The translations under genes and the position numbers were made by a program. The notes under the pieces were generated by a model. It was not told where the DNA came from. It saw only the letters and a list, made by a program, of their open reading frames with translations, and made no database searches. A stretch of DNA of 64,000 bases from Octopus vulgaris. Lineage: Eukaryota. Numbering within the stretch: position 1 is the first letter of the stretch; each line of letters opens with the position of its first letter. The stretch spans positions 61,318,001-61,382,000 of the forward strand of contig OX597828.1 of assembly GCA_951406725.2 (NCBI GenBank), given 5' to 3'. Of this stretch, positions 14,045 through 29,620 are shown piece by piece.

Positions 14045-14372
14045 TCAGTGGTTAGAGCGTCGAGCTTACGATCGTGAGGTTGTGAGCTCGAATCCCGGAC
14101 CGGGCTGCGTGTTGTGTTCTTGAGCAAAACACTTTATTTCACGTTGCTCCAGTTCACTCAGCTGTAGAAATGAGTTGCGACGTCACTGGTTCCAAGCTGT
14201 ATCGACCTTTGTCTTTCCCTTGGATAACACTGGTGGCGTGGAGAGGGGAGGCCGGTATGCATGGGCGACTGCTGGTCTTCCATAAACAACCTTGCCCGGA
14301 CTTGTGTCTAGGAGGGTAACTTTCTAGGTGCAATCCCATGGTCATTCATGACCGAAGGGGGTCTTTACCCTT
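14041..14372 (+). mobile_element. tRNA-derived SINE
   Basis: A box TGGCTCAGTGG, B-box-like GCTCGAATCC, tRNA-like head followed by a non-tRNA body; inserted in (TA)n. Confidence 0.75.
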
Positions 14373-15511
14373 TTATATATATATATATAGGGAGCAAATA
14401 ATTCACGAGAAAAATAGTTCACGAAAATATAATTTGCGAAGATATCAGTGACACTGATATTATCTCGTGTAACAAGTTAAAAATGATAATAACAGAATCA
14501 ATAATATTGGCAATTGCAGGTCCCCAAAATGGCATTAAATAGCTGAAGGATTAAAAATGATTCAAAGAACGTACTATGTATATCTACCTGCTGGAAATAA
14601 CAGTCAAAACTCTTATTTCCAGCAGGTAGACATACTTAGTATGTCCTTTAATTAACTTTTAATATATGTGCGTGTGTGTGCGCGCGCGGGCACGTATGTA
14701 TAAAAGAAAGGTGGCATAGGTGGAGAGTTTGTACAGGACGAAATAAGAGAAAACAATAATGTGGGTAGGTCATTAAGAATTTTAAAGTCACTGGAGGTGA
14801 AAAAGATTAAGTAAAAAAAAAATATAAAGGAAATGAAGCAAGACACAAAATCGTTAAAAATTACTGAAAATAAGCAAAAATGTACTCAGTCAATTTTGAT
14901 GGATACTACACTAGTAATAATTCTAATAATAATCATGGATACATTACCAACTTTTCTATTTTTATTCACTTTACTCTCTTAAACTGAGGAAATTTATGTG
15001 TTCTTATGTTTAGATAAATCTACTGTCAAAAGACAAAGTGTTTACAGACAACATAGCTGCTAAACTAGAACAGCTTACTGATGATTATTGGTAATCCTCG
15101 GTTTATTATAGCCCTAAGTATGTTTTATTCTAAACGTAAATAAAGAAAACTGTAGTTATTTGATTTTCACATAAATATATTTTGTTTTCTAGTTTATCAA
15201 CAGTCCCGTTTCTTGTGCCAGAGATGTTAATATAAAACATATTGCCTTGATAGATAATTGGATATTCACTGAATTATTAAAGATAAGTTGTGTGTGAAGC
15301 GGGAGTGAAAGTTTATGTATATGTGAGAGCATGTGTATGAGCATGCACGTATGGTGTGCTTATGCAAATATTGGCATGTATCCGTATACATGTTTGTGTT
15401 TTTGTACTATATATTTGAAAAGCAACTAAAAATATTCAATATTTTTTTGATTCTGTCATGATTTTTTTTTAGTCATTAGTTTTACTTTCCTCTTTTCTGT
15501 TTATCGATGTC

Positions 15512-15973
15512 TTAGTTACAATAATGCATATCGAGTCTTTGAGTACATTTTTTGCAAAGTACAAAGCAGCACCAATAAAATTTGCAATGGCAGTCCTCCG
15601 TTACAACTTTTGGAATTGTGACGAAGCCGCGTCCACAACACATGAGCACACAACCATCCAGTCCGTTACTTTCTCGTTTGCAACGACGATTCCGGGTACC
15701 AAGAGAACCGTAAGTTGTGTTTGTCAAGCAAAAATCTGGTGATTGTTTCAGATAGACCAGGTCTTTTTTGGATGGTTTCTTCAGCAATCTGCGAAGCGGT
15801 TTTAATTTCCGTTTTTTTCGGCTGAATTTCATTTGAGATGCGCTGTCATAACGTTTGAAGAGATATGAACCGGTCGAACGGAAGCTATCCATACTGCGCC
15901 AACATATTCTCACTGAGCAAGAACCAGATACTCCATGACACTTACATACTTTCTTGATGTTTGCCTTTATCGC
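15512..15973 (-). CDS. WntA: Wnt ligand (probably WntA), terminal coding exon
   Basis: Acceptor TTTTCAG|GCG, phase 0; AIKANIKKVCKCHGVSGSCSVRICW (acylated Ser motif), LVYLKQSPDFC, CCGRG, CKFYWCCFVLCKKC, stop TAA at 15512-15514. Wnt family is certain; subfamily is from recalled similarity. Confidence 0.93.
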   Translation of the reverse strand, partial: AIKANIKKVCKCHGVSGSCSVRICWRSMDSFRSTGSYLFKRYDSASQMKFSRKKRKLKPLRRLLKKPSKKDLVYLKQSPDFCLTNTTYGSLGTRNRRCKRESNGLDGCVLMCCGRGFVTIPKVVTEDCHCKFYWCCFVLCKKCTQRLDMHYCN

Positions 15974-16085
15974 CTGAAAACCAAAATATGGGGAAAAAAT
16001 ATGAATAAATTATATATATATATATAATCGTAAATATACTGCTGAAACAAAATAAATTGAAACAATGAAGAAATAACAACAACAA

Positions 16086-16170
<85 letters not shown>

Positions 16171-16171
<1 letters not shown>

Positions 16172-16700
16172 CTCTGATGCAGTACCAGGCAGTGGCACTC
16201 GTGTCTTCTGATCTTAATTGATTGTAAGTGTCATCATGTACATTGTTTCGTTTTGGTATAAAAGATGGGCTACAGCAAATATTCTGCTCAATACCACAGA
16301 TTTGCTTGTCAGTTGTTTGACCGTAACCAGTTGAGCATGTCCCTTAGTGGCTGACGATATGTGCATCTCTGATCACGAGCAGAAGTAGTAGGGGAGCATC
16401 ATTAGGGTTTGAATAATTCACCTCTGCAAACATGCGTGTTTCGTTCAACATCCTTAAACAACCCTTATTCAGGGACCTTTTGAGCGGGATGGGTTGCACG
16501 ACCAGAAGAAAATTCTAACTGGGCCCCACTTGCAAGGTCATGTGCTGTTTATCTTGATATGAGATCACCATGTCGCGCACATATGGTTGTGATGCATGTG
16601 CCTAGTGTACCCTTATAAGACGGATAGTCATGATAGGTATACTGGGCTTCGTGTATTTTACCCCAGTTTCACTTTGATGATGCACTGCTCTCTCACTCAA
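16171..16700 (+). mobile_element. ~530 bp non-autonomous repeat embedded in (TAA)n, copy 2
   Basis: Homologous to 1053-1530 and retains an internal segment absent from copy 1; (AAT)n both sides. Confidence 0.75.
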
Positions 16701-16742
16701 TAATAATAATAATAATATATACTTATATACATATATACATAC

Positions 16743-16877
<135 letters not shown>

Positions 16878-16884
16878 TATATAC

Positions 16885-17004
<120 letters not shown>

Positions 17005-17449
17005 TATGAGGAGATAGATTAGATAGACAGATAAATAGATCGATATATGCATTCAGAGAGGGATATAGAGAGGATCTGTATACGCGCGCGCGTGTATAAA
17101 AGCTTTTGTAAAAATTACTTGATACTGATGCAATAATTAGAAAAATATTTCTTCAAAACTTATTAACTATTTTAAAAGATATTTTGTATCTTACAGAATC
17201 ATTGTATATAGTGTTTATTTTATGTCTAGCGTTTATTTTGAGTGTCAGCACTTTCGTTTTTCAACTTTTCAAGCACATGCGTTATGAGCTAATGAATAAA
17301 GAGGAAGTAGTCTCTCTTTTTTTCTTTTGCAATGGTGTAGACTATTACCTTTCCGGTCAAAATTTTTTATGAGATAATTTTCTCTCGTCTTTCGTAATCG
17401 ATCATTTTCATATATTTTTTTAAATTGTTGACTATTTTAAATATTAACT

Positions 17450-18420
17450 ATTTCTGGCTTAGTTTCGGATTTAGAATTCTTATACGGTACTCTTTTTTGG
17501 CTTTTCTTTCGTATTTGATCATTTTAATCTTTTATTTTGTAAAAAGGGAATATTTTAAATCTACCATTTGCACAAATGTCTAGATATTTACTACATGGAA
17601 CATTTCAAAGCAATGAATCTTTAATTTTGTTGTTTATGCACGTTTACGCGACTGGTTACTTTAGTACCTGTTTCTCCAAGCTAATTCTCATAGCACTGTG
17701 GACGTGATACAATAGATGAGATCTTTTGTTTTGCAATTAATGTTTGCACTCACTTTCACTTCCTTCCCATTCTTGAATGTTTTGCTTGTTCCTTGCTCAG
17801 TTATTTTACACATCTCATAACGAAGGTCTTCTCAGTTTGTTACTTCTATTATTTGTTTCTCCGACATGAATCTCGCTGCTATTAGAAGTCTCTTCAGATT
17901 TGGGGATTGCCTTCGGCTGTTGATGATTTGTGATTTTTAAAAAATATCTATCAGAGATTTAGTGATTGGTGTAGAATTGAGAGGTATCGTTTGGCTGAAT
18001 GTAAGATGCTATGGCTCCTAGGATTATGGGTGACTACAAACGGAATATTTGTATTTGTATTTCCGTTTTCACCCTTAGCATGAGTATTTCTCCGTAAGGT
18101 GTAGATCAGGATTTCTTTTACTTCGGTTATGGCATGATTTAGTAACTTTTTGGAATATTTCTGTTTTTGAAGGAACAGTCGTTATTCTCATCTCCTGTAA
18201 TCTGTAACTATTGAGCATATACGTCTAGTGTGTTCATTTTTGTATGGAAACAGTAGCAAGATCCGAAATTTAAATATAGGTGTGTGATTATGTCCTTGCA
18301 GTAGAGATCAGTTGATCAGTTGTAACAATCTCATTTTCTTTAATTATTACAATATTCAGAAAAGTGAGTTCCTTTTCATTCATTTCTATAATGTGTTTGA
18401 AAAGTTGAATTTCATGGCTT
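17450..18420 (-). mobile_element. Old, degenerate Penelope-like element (RT thumb + GIY-YIG remnant); limits approximate
   Basis: Minus strand near 17630-17735 reads CKTKDLIYCIT..CYEN*LGETGTKVTSRVNVHKQQ; IPFVVTHNP near 18020-18050. Confidence 0.6.
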
Positions 18421-18976
18421 CGCTTGCATGGAATTTATGAGTTTTATAATATTACCTTGAGAACCAGGAATGAAATCAAAAGCGTGAGCTTGAAGCAACC
18501 GTTTTTGCACGTGTCGTTCACAAAAGGTTTTAGACAAAAGATCATAAGGATAAACGTTTTCTTCAAATATTCATTTCATATTCCCCACAAAATATTCAGG
18601 CAGTGGATATTTCAGGAAATCAGGCTCGGTTTACCAGCTGATGATCGGAGACTAGTAACTCTGAGTACTTGAAATCGGAGCATTTCAGTTATAATGCATC
18701 ACACTCACTCACACACGCGCTCGCGCACACACATACGCACAAACACACACACACACACACACATGCATATATATACATTGCGAGAGAGAGAGAAAGAGAA
18801 AGAAAGAAAGAAAGAGAGGGAGTGAAGCAGATAGCTAGCTAGGCAGACAAATATGTATCTAGATAGATAGATCATGAATGCAGTCATTTCTATTTGTATT
18901 TGTTTTTTATGTTAATAATTCTAAACTTAAGTACTAAGCTTCAGTAACGTTGTAGCCTGCCTTAATCTCGTGAATG

Positions 18977-19145
<169 letters not shown>

Positions 19146-19157
19146 GTATATATATAC

Positions 19158-21580
19158 GTATAAGGGTGAAAAGGAACACACGAGTTGATATATATGAAAA
19201 AACAAGTCAAAATAGAAAATGCTAAAATAATTTTATAAAGAACATTTCAGTACCGGTTTCGGTCATTTTGAGACCTTTTCAACTGTAACGATTAAATAAT
19301 TAAATTTAGAAAAATTAAAAGAAAAGTTTTTTTAAAGGAATATTTGTATAGTGTTCAAATATAAGTGGCATTCTGCCTTTCTCTGTCTCCCTTGTTTGCA
19401 CTTGTGTGTTCGAGGTCGTTGTGAATTCTTGGTAGGGTAGAAGAAGAAGAAGGTTGATAGGAGAGGGGGTGGAAAAATTTGGGAGTGCCTTGATTGTCGT
19501 ATTTTGAATGGTCAGTGACGGCTAGCAGTTGCAGTTCAATTCAGGAGAATATTTCTATTGAAAGGTTTGTTTATGGAATTTGCGTAGGTGTTATACTAAA
19601 AAGCATTAGTGATAAAGTTAAGAGGTAGAAGGTGGAGCAGAAGAAGAAGAAGAAGAAGAAGAAGAAGAAGAAGAAGAAGAAGAAGAAGAAGAAGATGACG
19701 ATGTTGATGATGATGATAATGAAGAAGAAGAAGAAGGAGAAGGAGAAGAGGAAGATGATGATGATTGTGATGATGATGACGACGATGATGATGATAATGA
19801 TGATGAAGAAGAAGAAGAAAAAAGAGAAGGGAGAATATGAATGAGTGGAAGTAGTGAGGTGTTGTATGACTTGAAGTTGGCATGTTATGGATTATAGCTG
19901 TGATTGGGGTTGATTTGTAATGGATTCTTTGGAATTTAATATTTGCGTGTGTATTTCTGTTATTCTAAAGCTGAGGTGCATTAATCGTTTGTCGTAGACC
20001 CGTTAAGAAGTGGCCTGCATTTTGTAATAAAGAGAGTTTCTTTACTTATTCGTTGTCTCGGGGTTGTATCGTCCCTAAATTGGTAGAGGGGGAAAATCCT
20101 GAAGCCTGGTGTTTTGTTGTTGGCGCAAGTATCTATGTGTTGGCTGAAAGCTATTTTTCTGTTTTGGGGAATTTTTATCTGGGATCTGTGCAGGGCCATT
20201 CTTTTACGCAAACTATTTTTTGTTTGGCCTATATACTGCTCTTGACACCCAGAGCAGGTTAGTGTGTATATCAGGTTCTCCGAAGCACATGTGAAGTTGC
20301 TTTTCACTGTAAACCGTTGTCCCTGTTTGAAGGAGAACTCTGATCCCTCAATTAGATAATCGCATATCCCGCAATTGGGTCTTCCACATTTTTTTTACTG
20401 TCGGCTTCTGTGTTGAAGAGTGTATTCGGGCTTGTGTTAGGAGACTTTTCATAGATTTAGGCTGTCTCTTGCTTTTTATGATCGTGTGTGTTTGGAGGAT
20501 TGTGTTCATTCTGTGGTCTTTTTTTAGGAGGGGTACGTTGTGGAGTATGGTGCCGAAGGCTTCATTATTGAGAGTGTTGTGTGTGGAGATGTATGGTAAG
20601 GCTTTTGGTCGTAAGTTTTTCTTTGATTTGGGATGTCTCAGTTCCTTGATGTTAAGTTGAAGGGCACGTTGAATGCACATGTCAATAAGTGAAGGTGGGT
20701 AGTTCCTGGTGATAAGGGTATCTTTTAGTTCTTGTAGTCGTGTGTCTCTGGTGTTTGCATTAGAAACTATAGTGCATATCCTTTTTGCTAGATTGAAGGG
20801 GATATTCATCCTGGTGTGTCTGGGGTGGCATGAATTGAATGGAAGATATTGCTTAGAATCTGTAGGCTTATAATATATGTCTGTTTCTATTACATTATTA
20901 GCTTTCTTAATGAGGATATCGAGGAAGGGGAGTTGTTGCTGGCTATATTCAATCGTGAATTGGATGTTTACGTCCAGTCCGTTTAAAATTTCTTGGAATT
21001 CTTTGAGTTTCTCTATATTTTCATGCCTAAGAATGAAACAGTCATCTAGATATCTCTTCCAGTTGTTTTCTATGTAGATGGAGAAAGGGCTGCCATATCT
21101 TTCTAGAACCTTACGATACAGACTGATCTCTAGATATCCTATGACTAGGTTGACAAACGAGGGGGCCATTCGTGTACCCATCGCAGTCCCCGATTTTTGT
21201 CGGTAGAAGTTGTCTTTGAAGGCGAAGAAGTTATTTTCCAGGATGAATTTAACCCCTTCTATCACGAATTCTTTTTTGATGCGATGTGGGAGTTCGTTGG
21301 CGTGATTCTCTAGCCAGAATTGGATTGCCTCTAGTCCTAGGTTGTGGGGGATATTGGAGTAGTGGTTGACTACATCGAAGGATACCAGTATGGTGTTTTT
21401 GTTTATAGTATTCGGTAGGTGATTGAGCATATCCAAGTCGTTCCTTATATAGCTTTTGACATGTTTGAGGAGTGGTTTTAACAGGGTGTCTAAAAAGTTA
21501 CTGAGGCGGTGGGTTTCGCATGCGGGACCTGCTATTATGGGTCTCAATTTGAGGTCATTAGGATTAGGGACTTTAATTAT
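19158..21580 (-). mobile_element. Penelope-like retroelement, left arm (RT + GIY-YIG endonuclease + 3' tail)
   Basis: LRPIIAGP, LVSFDVV, GTAMGTRMAP, WKRYLDDCF, LPFLD (RT); LIYTLTCSGCQEQYIGQT..RMALH (GIY-YIG, 19981-20307); an A8 run frameshifts RT from EN. Confidence 0.93.
19243..19290 (-). ncRNA. Minimal hammerhead motif (U3:A8 variant) in PLE tail
   Basis: CGTTACAG-TTGAAAA-GGTC tcaaaat GACC-GAAA-CCGG-TA-CTGAAATG on the minus strand. Confidence 0.75.
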
Positions 21581-22075
21581 GTCAAAGAATATGATTATAT
21601 GACCAATTTCACAAGTAAAATCAGCCAATTCTACGGTATACCTAAGATACACAAAAGTGAGAAAATAAGTAACGCATGCAAGATAGATACAGACAAAATA
21701 ATTAAAGTCCCTAATCCTAATGATTAGCAAGAGACAGCCTAAATCTATGAAAAGTCTCCTAACACAAGCCCGAATACACTCTTCAACACAGAAGCCGACA
21801 GTAAAAAAATGTGGAAGACCCAATTGCAGGATATGCGATTATCTAATTGAGGGATCAGAGTTCTCCTTCAAACAGGGACAACGGTTTACAGTGAAAAGCA
21901 ACTTCACATGTGCTTCGGAGAACCTGATATACACACTAACCTGCTCTGGGTGTCAAGAGCAGTACATAGGCCAAACAAAAAATAGTTTGCGTAAAAGAAT
22001 GGCTCTGCACAGATCCCAGATAAAAATTCCCCAAAACAGAAAAATAGCTTTCAGCCAACAACAAAACACCAGGCT
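21581..22075 (+). mobile_element. Rearranged centre of the PLE palindrome: upstream RT piece (21581-21723) plus a third copy of the endonuclease region (21726-22075)
   Basis: QFYGIPKIHK..IIKVPNPND followed by KRQPKS..KKCGRPNCRICDYL..YIGQT. Confidence 0.85.
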
Positions 22076-24066
<1,991 letters not shown>

Positions 24067-24307
24067 CATACATACATACATATATATATATATACATGCA
24101 CACACACACAACTTTTGCTAATTCTAATTACATATACGATCTAAAGAGCAAGTAAATACACATTTTACAAACCTCTGAAAAAATTCCATATTATATATAG
24201 ATATTCATATTATATATACGATGGTTAGTCATGTATATATATATATATGTATATAAATTTTCTTAACTTATGAAAAATATAGAATAATAGTATAATGAAA
24301 CAATTAC

Positions 24308-24576
24308 CTTTCGTCCGGCTCCGTTATTCCAGAGGTTCATCAATCCCATACCTATTTCTCTCCGCTCTACCGTATCCACAAAATCTCTTGAAAATTTGGA
24401 TCCGAATAAAATGTTATCAGAGCAACCACCCCATTCAAAATCATCTGGATTTTCGTCTACTCTAAGTTTCTGCCCACAGCCACAGTGATTCAGTTGCCCT
24501 TTAGAGCAGCCTCGAGACACGCTATACATAATACCAGCCGAAAAAATCGCATATAGATAAGCTGTCTCTCTACTCT
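24308..24576 (-). CDS. WntA: Wnt ligand (probably WntA), internal coding exon
   Basis: Acceptor TTTTCAG|AG (phase 1), donor AAG|GTAATT (phase 0); SRETAYLYAI..FEWGGCSDN..MNLWNNGAGRK. NLWNN instead of NLHNN is recalled from WntA. Confidence 0.93.
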
Positions 24577-25474
24577 CTGAAAAACAAAACAAAATAAAGT
24601 AAAAAGTTTGAATACCAAATTACTATGACATTCCTATAAGACTACAGAGACAGAACGTTCAAATAGAATAAATTTACAAGTTCATTAAATGTAATATTGA
24701 CTTTTAAGTTCCTTCAGTGATATAATATACGGTTCTGTTTAATCCTTTTAGTAGTATTCCACAAATATTAGATGCAGTAGTATATCATATCATATCTGAA
24801 TCTTTAATAGAAAGATCTGTAACGCAAATGATAGTAAGGCGTATTCTATTTTGGACCTTATAAGCTGTATATTTAATTAGAGCTTAAGTAACGGAATATA
24901 TAATAAAGAAAATATAAAATTGTAGATACCTGATAAGAAGACAAGTTGAATTGAAAATTTTACAGAAGAATAAATGCATACAAAATATCTATAGAATTAT
25001 ATAATACTTTAAATTTGTCAGATAATATTTTTGGAGACCTATATGTAATAAGCAATACACACTTACTAAAGTGTATGCATAAGTTATTAAAAATATATAT
25101 ATCTGCATGTACTTTATACAGGTGAGTCGTTGAAGGCAAACATTCTATTTATGTTTGTGTTTACTTGAGAGAGATGGATTAAATGAAACATTTGATTATC
25201 TTAAATTGTGCGAAATAAACAATAACGTATATTAAAACAAAAATCTCTGGCGCAGAAAACTAGATAAACTTTTAAGAGGAATGTAATATAATAAAAATCC
25301 TTCGTAGCAGCTCATTAACCTTCACAAAGTAAAGTTTATGAGGAGCCAGAAATGATAAATCGACGGATTAAATGACTTACGATGTTCAACTTCCCCTCTT
25401 TAAATTTTTAATTCAACTGCTGAAAGTCCTAATTTTATCATTATTTCTGGAAAATCAAAAAAATATATACTAGA

Positions 25475-26700
25475 TACGAGGGGTGTTCATTAGAATTTCC
25501 CCTGACCCACTTCCCAAGGACTGGGATAAACGAAATATGACATAATTATTAGTCCTTCTCTATATGGCCACCACAAATGATGACACACTTTTCCCATCGC
25601 TTTATGCAGCTGTGAAAACCACGTCTTTAGAAGCCGGTAGGTTGCTTCTGGAGCCAAGACTTTACCTCGGAAAATGAGTTCATCATCATCCACAAAGTGT
25701 GTGTGTGTGTGGAGGGGGGTATGTGTGCATGTGTGTGTACGTATACATTGTATTACGTTGGAACAGTAAGTGCTACTGCTTCTCAAAATAGAATAGGCAT
25801 TTTTTGTTTAATCCTGATAATAATTCCCCTCTTTATTAATAACATAACCCCATCTCTTTGGCAAAGTGTTAATCCTACGGGCGTAAAATTGTTTGGGTTT
25901 CCAACCAAAGAAACACTAAATACTATTTATGACCCCTCCATAATCAAGTAACTGTTTCTCCCTTTAAGTAATGTTGTAAGATTATAGTCAGCTGGAGCAA
26001 CGCTGTGAGAATAAAGAGGATGTGGCAAATTTTCGATATGTACTGCCTTTTTCTCTCTTTTACTGATTGACTCGAGCAATATGTGGTCTTGCATTATCGA
26101 CTGAGATCAAATATGAATGCTTCCACTTGATGACAATGCTTCACATTAAACGTTTCGATATTTCAAAGACAGCACAATTCATATTCCAGCAAACAGAGGC
26201 CAGAATTATTTTTCTAGTGTAGCCTTTGTTTGGAGATGGATTTTCCTTTTTCTTTGGGCGCTAACCATTGTCGTTTCCGTATGATATGATTATAAGAGAC
26301 CTACTTTCTATCAGTTTTGACGATTTTAAAGGCAAGGTTCGGTAGTAAATCTGCACTACAATGGCGAGAAGAGAGCAAATCATTGATTAATCTGAGAAGC
26401 AGCCAGATGATGTGTGACTTGATTTTAATTCATTTGTTGACTCTCTTACAATTTGCTTTGGATTGTCCTCAGCTAAAGCCTTCAGAAGCTCAATATTTTC
26501 AGAACTTGATCATCTAGATTGAAGGGAATCTGCGTGAGAAAAATTTACAGAGCGAAGTTGGTCAAACCCTCTTTGTCATATAGACACTTAAAGCTTCATT
26601 TTCATAGAGAGAAGAAATATTTCTTGCCGCTTCCATTGCTGAAGAGACCATTTTGAATCCATTGAGCATGAGATGTCTGATACGAGTCTGATCTAAACTC
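25475..26700 (-). mobile_element. Highly decayed mariner-type remnants
   Basis: TACGAGGGGGTG TIR-like end at 25475; minus-strand KRWEKCVIICGGHIE resembles mariner C-termini; boundaries uncertain. Confidence 0.4.
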
Positions 26701-26918
26701 ATTTTAAAAGGGTTAAAATCGATAGGAAATTAATCACTATGGTATAAAGTAATCTGCAAAGAAAGTATAAAAGCATTATAATGTGAAACTTAATACCTAT
26801 GTTACCGTAAGTATTGAAAAACTACTCTCAAAATGAACGAGTCAAAAAATGGTATAAGCCCTGCTTTCCAACCTAATATGTGTGCACGTTCGTGTACTTC
26901 ACACACGAGTACACACAC

Positions 26919-27001
<83 letters not shown>

Positions 27002-28317
27002 AAACTACTGAACATGTAAGTTCAGTATTACAAAACAGGTATCATTCGATACAAATGTAGTTAAGTATGCATATATATATATATGTACACACACACATAC
27101 GCACACGCACACATGTTCATATAGATTATATATTGGTCGTAACTCTAAACACTATGTATAGAAGATATTCATCATACTCCTTACCTAATTAGCACATATT
27201 TCACAAAAGGAATAAATTGAAAATAAATCGTTCTGAGTCAAGGGAAGTAATTGGCATTGATGCATTACTCTTAGAATATGGACATAAGTAACTTCCCCTA
27301 ACTGTACGTTCATATCTAAAGGAGGAGATGTGATGAATAAATATGTTATAAAACTGTATTATGAGAAGCGTCAAATTCGTCAACTTTATATATGCCATAG
27401 TCTATTGAGGAAAATTACCTGCTTCGTTCGTCCAAAATATTTTATGCAAGAAGATCGCATATATGTACCATTCTTACGATTTTATACTTATATAAAAAAA
27501 ATAAATAAACCAAGTGTATTCAACTTCATGTTGAAGTGGAAAATCGTTGTATATAAATGAAAATCTCAATATCGGTATCTTATTTAGCACATTCTCGGGC
27601 GCGTCTTAACAGGAATTTGAAGATCAACGATTAAAATCCAACAATTTGATTTGAAATCTATTTTTTATACTTGTTAATATTGTTAAAACAGTTGATGACT
27701 ATTACGCTCTGTTGCTGAAGAATGGGGTTTTCTCTAATATAATCTATAATACATTAAAAGTTAGTTTGAATATTGCTTGCTTGCAATGTTACCCAACAAA
27801 ACTGGCGCATAATGGGAAAATACTATGAATTAGGTTTGCCCTGAAATGTTAATACGAGCGGAATTAAATAAGTTTCGCGTAAATCGGAGCAGTAGTTATT
27901 GAGATATTCAGTGTTTGGGCTAAAAATTCCCAAAACGGTGCATAATAGGGAAAATTTCCCGAATATAACATCATCCCAAAAGAGAAGAAACTCTAGCCTT
28001 TCGATTAGACAGTGGTTTGACAACGAAAAAATACGATTTATTTTTTACAGTAAATCTTTCTATTTTCGCTTTTGTTAAACACAATATTTTAATTATTCAC
28101 AAGTGAATGCAATTTTAGAAATGTAAGTTCTTTGTACAGTCTTTTTTGATTATTTTCAAGTGACTACCATTACAAAAAATTTTATTCACATATTCAAAAA
28201 ATATTTTAAAGTGAAAATGACTTTAAAAATACGGTAAATATTTCGTAAAAGACCTCGGTCTGAAATAGTTTTTTCCCTAGGTTTTTTCGAGTACATTCAA
28301 CGTATCTCACCTCCAAA

Positions 28318-28430
28318 GATTTGGCTGTTATTTCTTGCATGACCTGCTACCACGTAACAGCTATTTGCAATAAAGGACCCGAAATACCTGTTACATGGTA
28401 GCAGGGTGTGCAAGAAATAGCAGCCAAATC
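28318..28430. repeat. Imperfect hairpin, ~50 bp arms
   Basis: GATTTGGCTGTTATTTCTTGCA..CTGCTACCACGTAACAG pairs with CTGTTACATGGTAGCAG..TGCAAGAAATAGCAGCCAAATC. Confidence 0.8.
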
Positions 28431-28686
28431 CTTCCTTTTCTGCGGAAAGGAGCCGTTTACGCGTGATTTCGATGTCACATTCGTTGAAAAAATACGAAAT
28501 AACCTTTGAAAAGAAAAATAAAACCCACGAAACAAAACTCCGTTGCTGGGAAACTCAGAGTTACCCGGTAACTCAACGGGTCATGGGTAGTTTAGTTAAA
28601 CTTAATAAAATCTCGGCTGCAATCTGAAATTGAGCTTTTATTGTGTTGATTTTATTGTCTTAGTTACTCGAAGTTAAGGGATAGAG

Positions 28687-28920
28687 CAGTGATTCCCAAG
28701 GTGGGGCGTACGCCCCACTGGTGGGGCCTGAGAAAATTCAGGTGGGGCGCGGGGCATAGACGTGGGCTGTGAAAATATTTGTACATGACGAGCGGTCATC
28801 GCGGGCACAACCTTAGATTTACATGTACTTGTAAATGTGAGTGGACATGGGAAAAGGTGGGGCGTAAAAACTTTTGCTATGAAAAAGTGGGGTGCCGGGA
28901 AAAAAGGTTGGGAAACACTG
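28687..28920. mobile_element. hAT (Charlie-type) MITE, 234 bp
   Basis: TIRs CAGTGATTCCCAA / TTGGGAAACACTG; perfect 8-bp TSD GGATAGAG at 28679-28686 and 28921-28928. Confidence 0.9.
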
Positions 28921-29199
28921 GGATAGAGGAATAATTTCTTTTTATCGTCCTTATTTGTGTTCCGCGTTTATTTCATTTTTCCAATCTACTTGTTATAAAT
29001 TTTCGCCTTTATATTGTGATTGTGAGTATTGTACATTGGTCTTCATTGAATTTTGTGATTTTTATAATTATTAAACTGGGCAACAAAATGAAAAGCATTG
29101 TCTGCTACCCAGATAAATAGTGCTGTACGAAACTAAATCGAGTACATTTTTCTTATAATCAACTACGTACTTTTCTTCGATAGGAGAATCAGGGAGTTA

Positions 29200-29620
29200 A
29201 TCGTGTGACGTGTCAAGGTCTTCAAGTGAAACATGTGAGAGAGGAACTGGGACAGGGTTCTCTGAGTCATGTGGGATCTGCTTTAGTGCCGACTTGCAAT
29301 CTGCATACACAATTTTTGCTTTGGTCTTCTTTGAGAAACCACTAATATTAGTCATGTAAAAGTAACAATCAGAGACATGATTGATTGGCTGACGTCATAC
29401 CATTGGTACAGCAAAAGGCATTCCTTTCCGTTTTCCATTCAGCCACTGTGTAAGCCCTGAGTAACACCTCTTGTGTTGGTCCTCAACATTACACCCGAAA
29501 TAATATTGATAGGCAACTTTTAATTTGATGGCAATGTTCTTCCGCTGGTCACGAAGAGCAAATTTTCCACAGACATAACAAAAGTTGTCTGGGTGATTCA
29601 CACAGCCTCTCCTATTCATG
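29200..29620 (-). mobile_element. N-terminal fragment of a DNA transposase, probably CMC/Chapaev3-like
   Basis: CVNHPDNFCYVCG..YFGC..DQ..WLNGKRKGMPFAVPMV*RQPINHVSDCYF; superfamily assignment from memory only. Confidence 0.55.

Noticed and set aside
14041-14105. Possible tRNA gene
   Set aside because: No complete acceptor stem; continues into a SINE body.
19596-19883. Poly-K/poly-L/His ORFs, also 23208-23525
   Set aside because: Trinucleotide-repeat tail of the PLE.
20348-21823. 491-aa ORF as an intact gene
   Set aside because: Its first ~80 aa are antisense read-through of the inverted centre; true RT similarity starts near IIKVPNPND.
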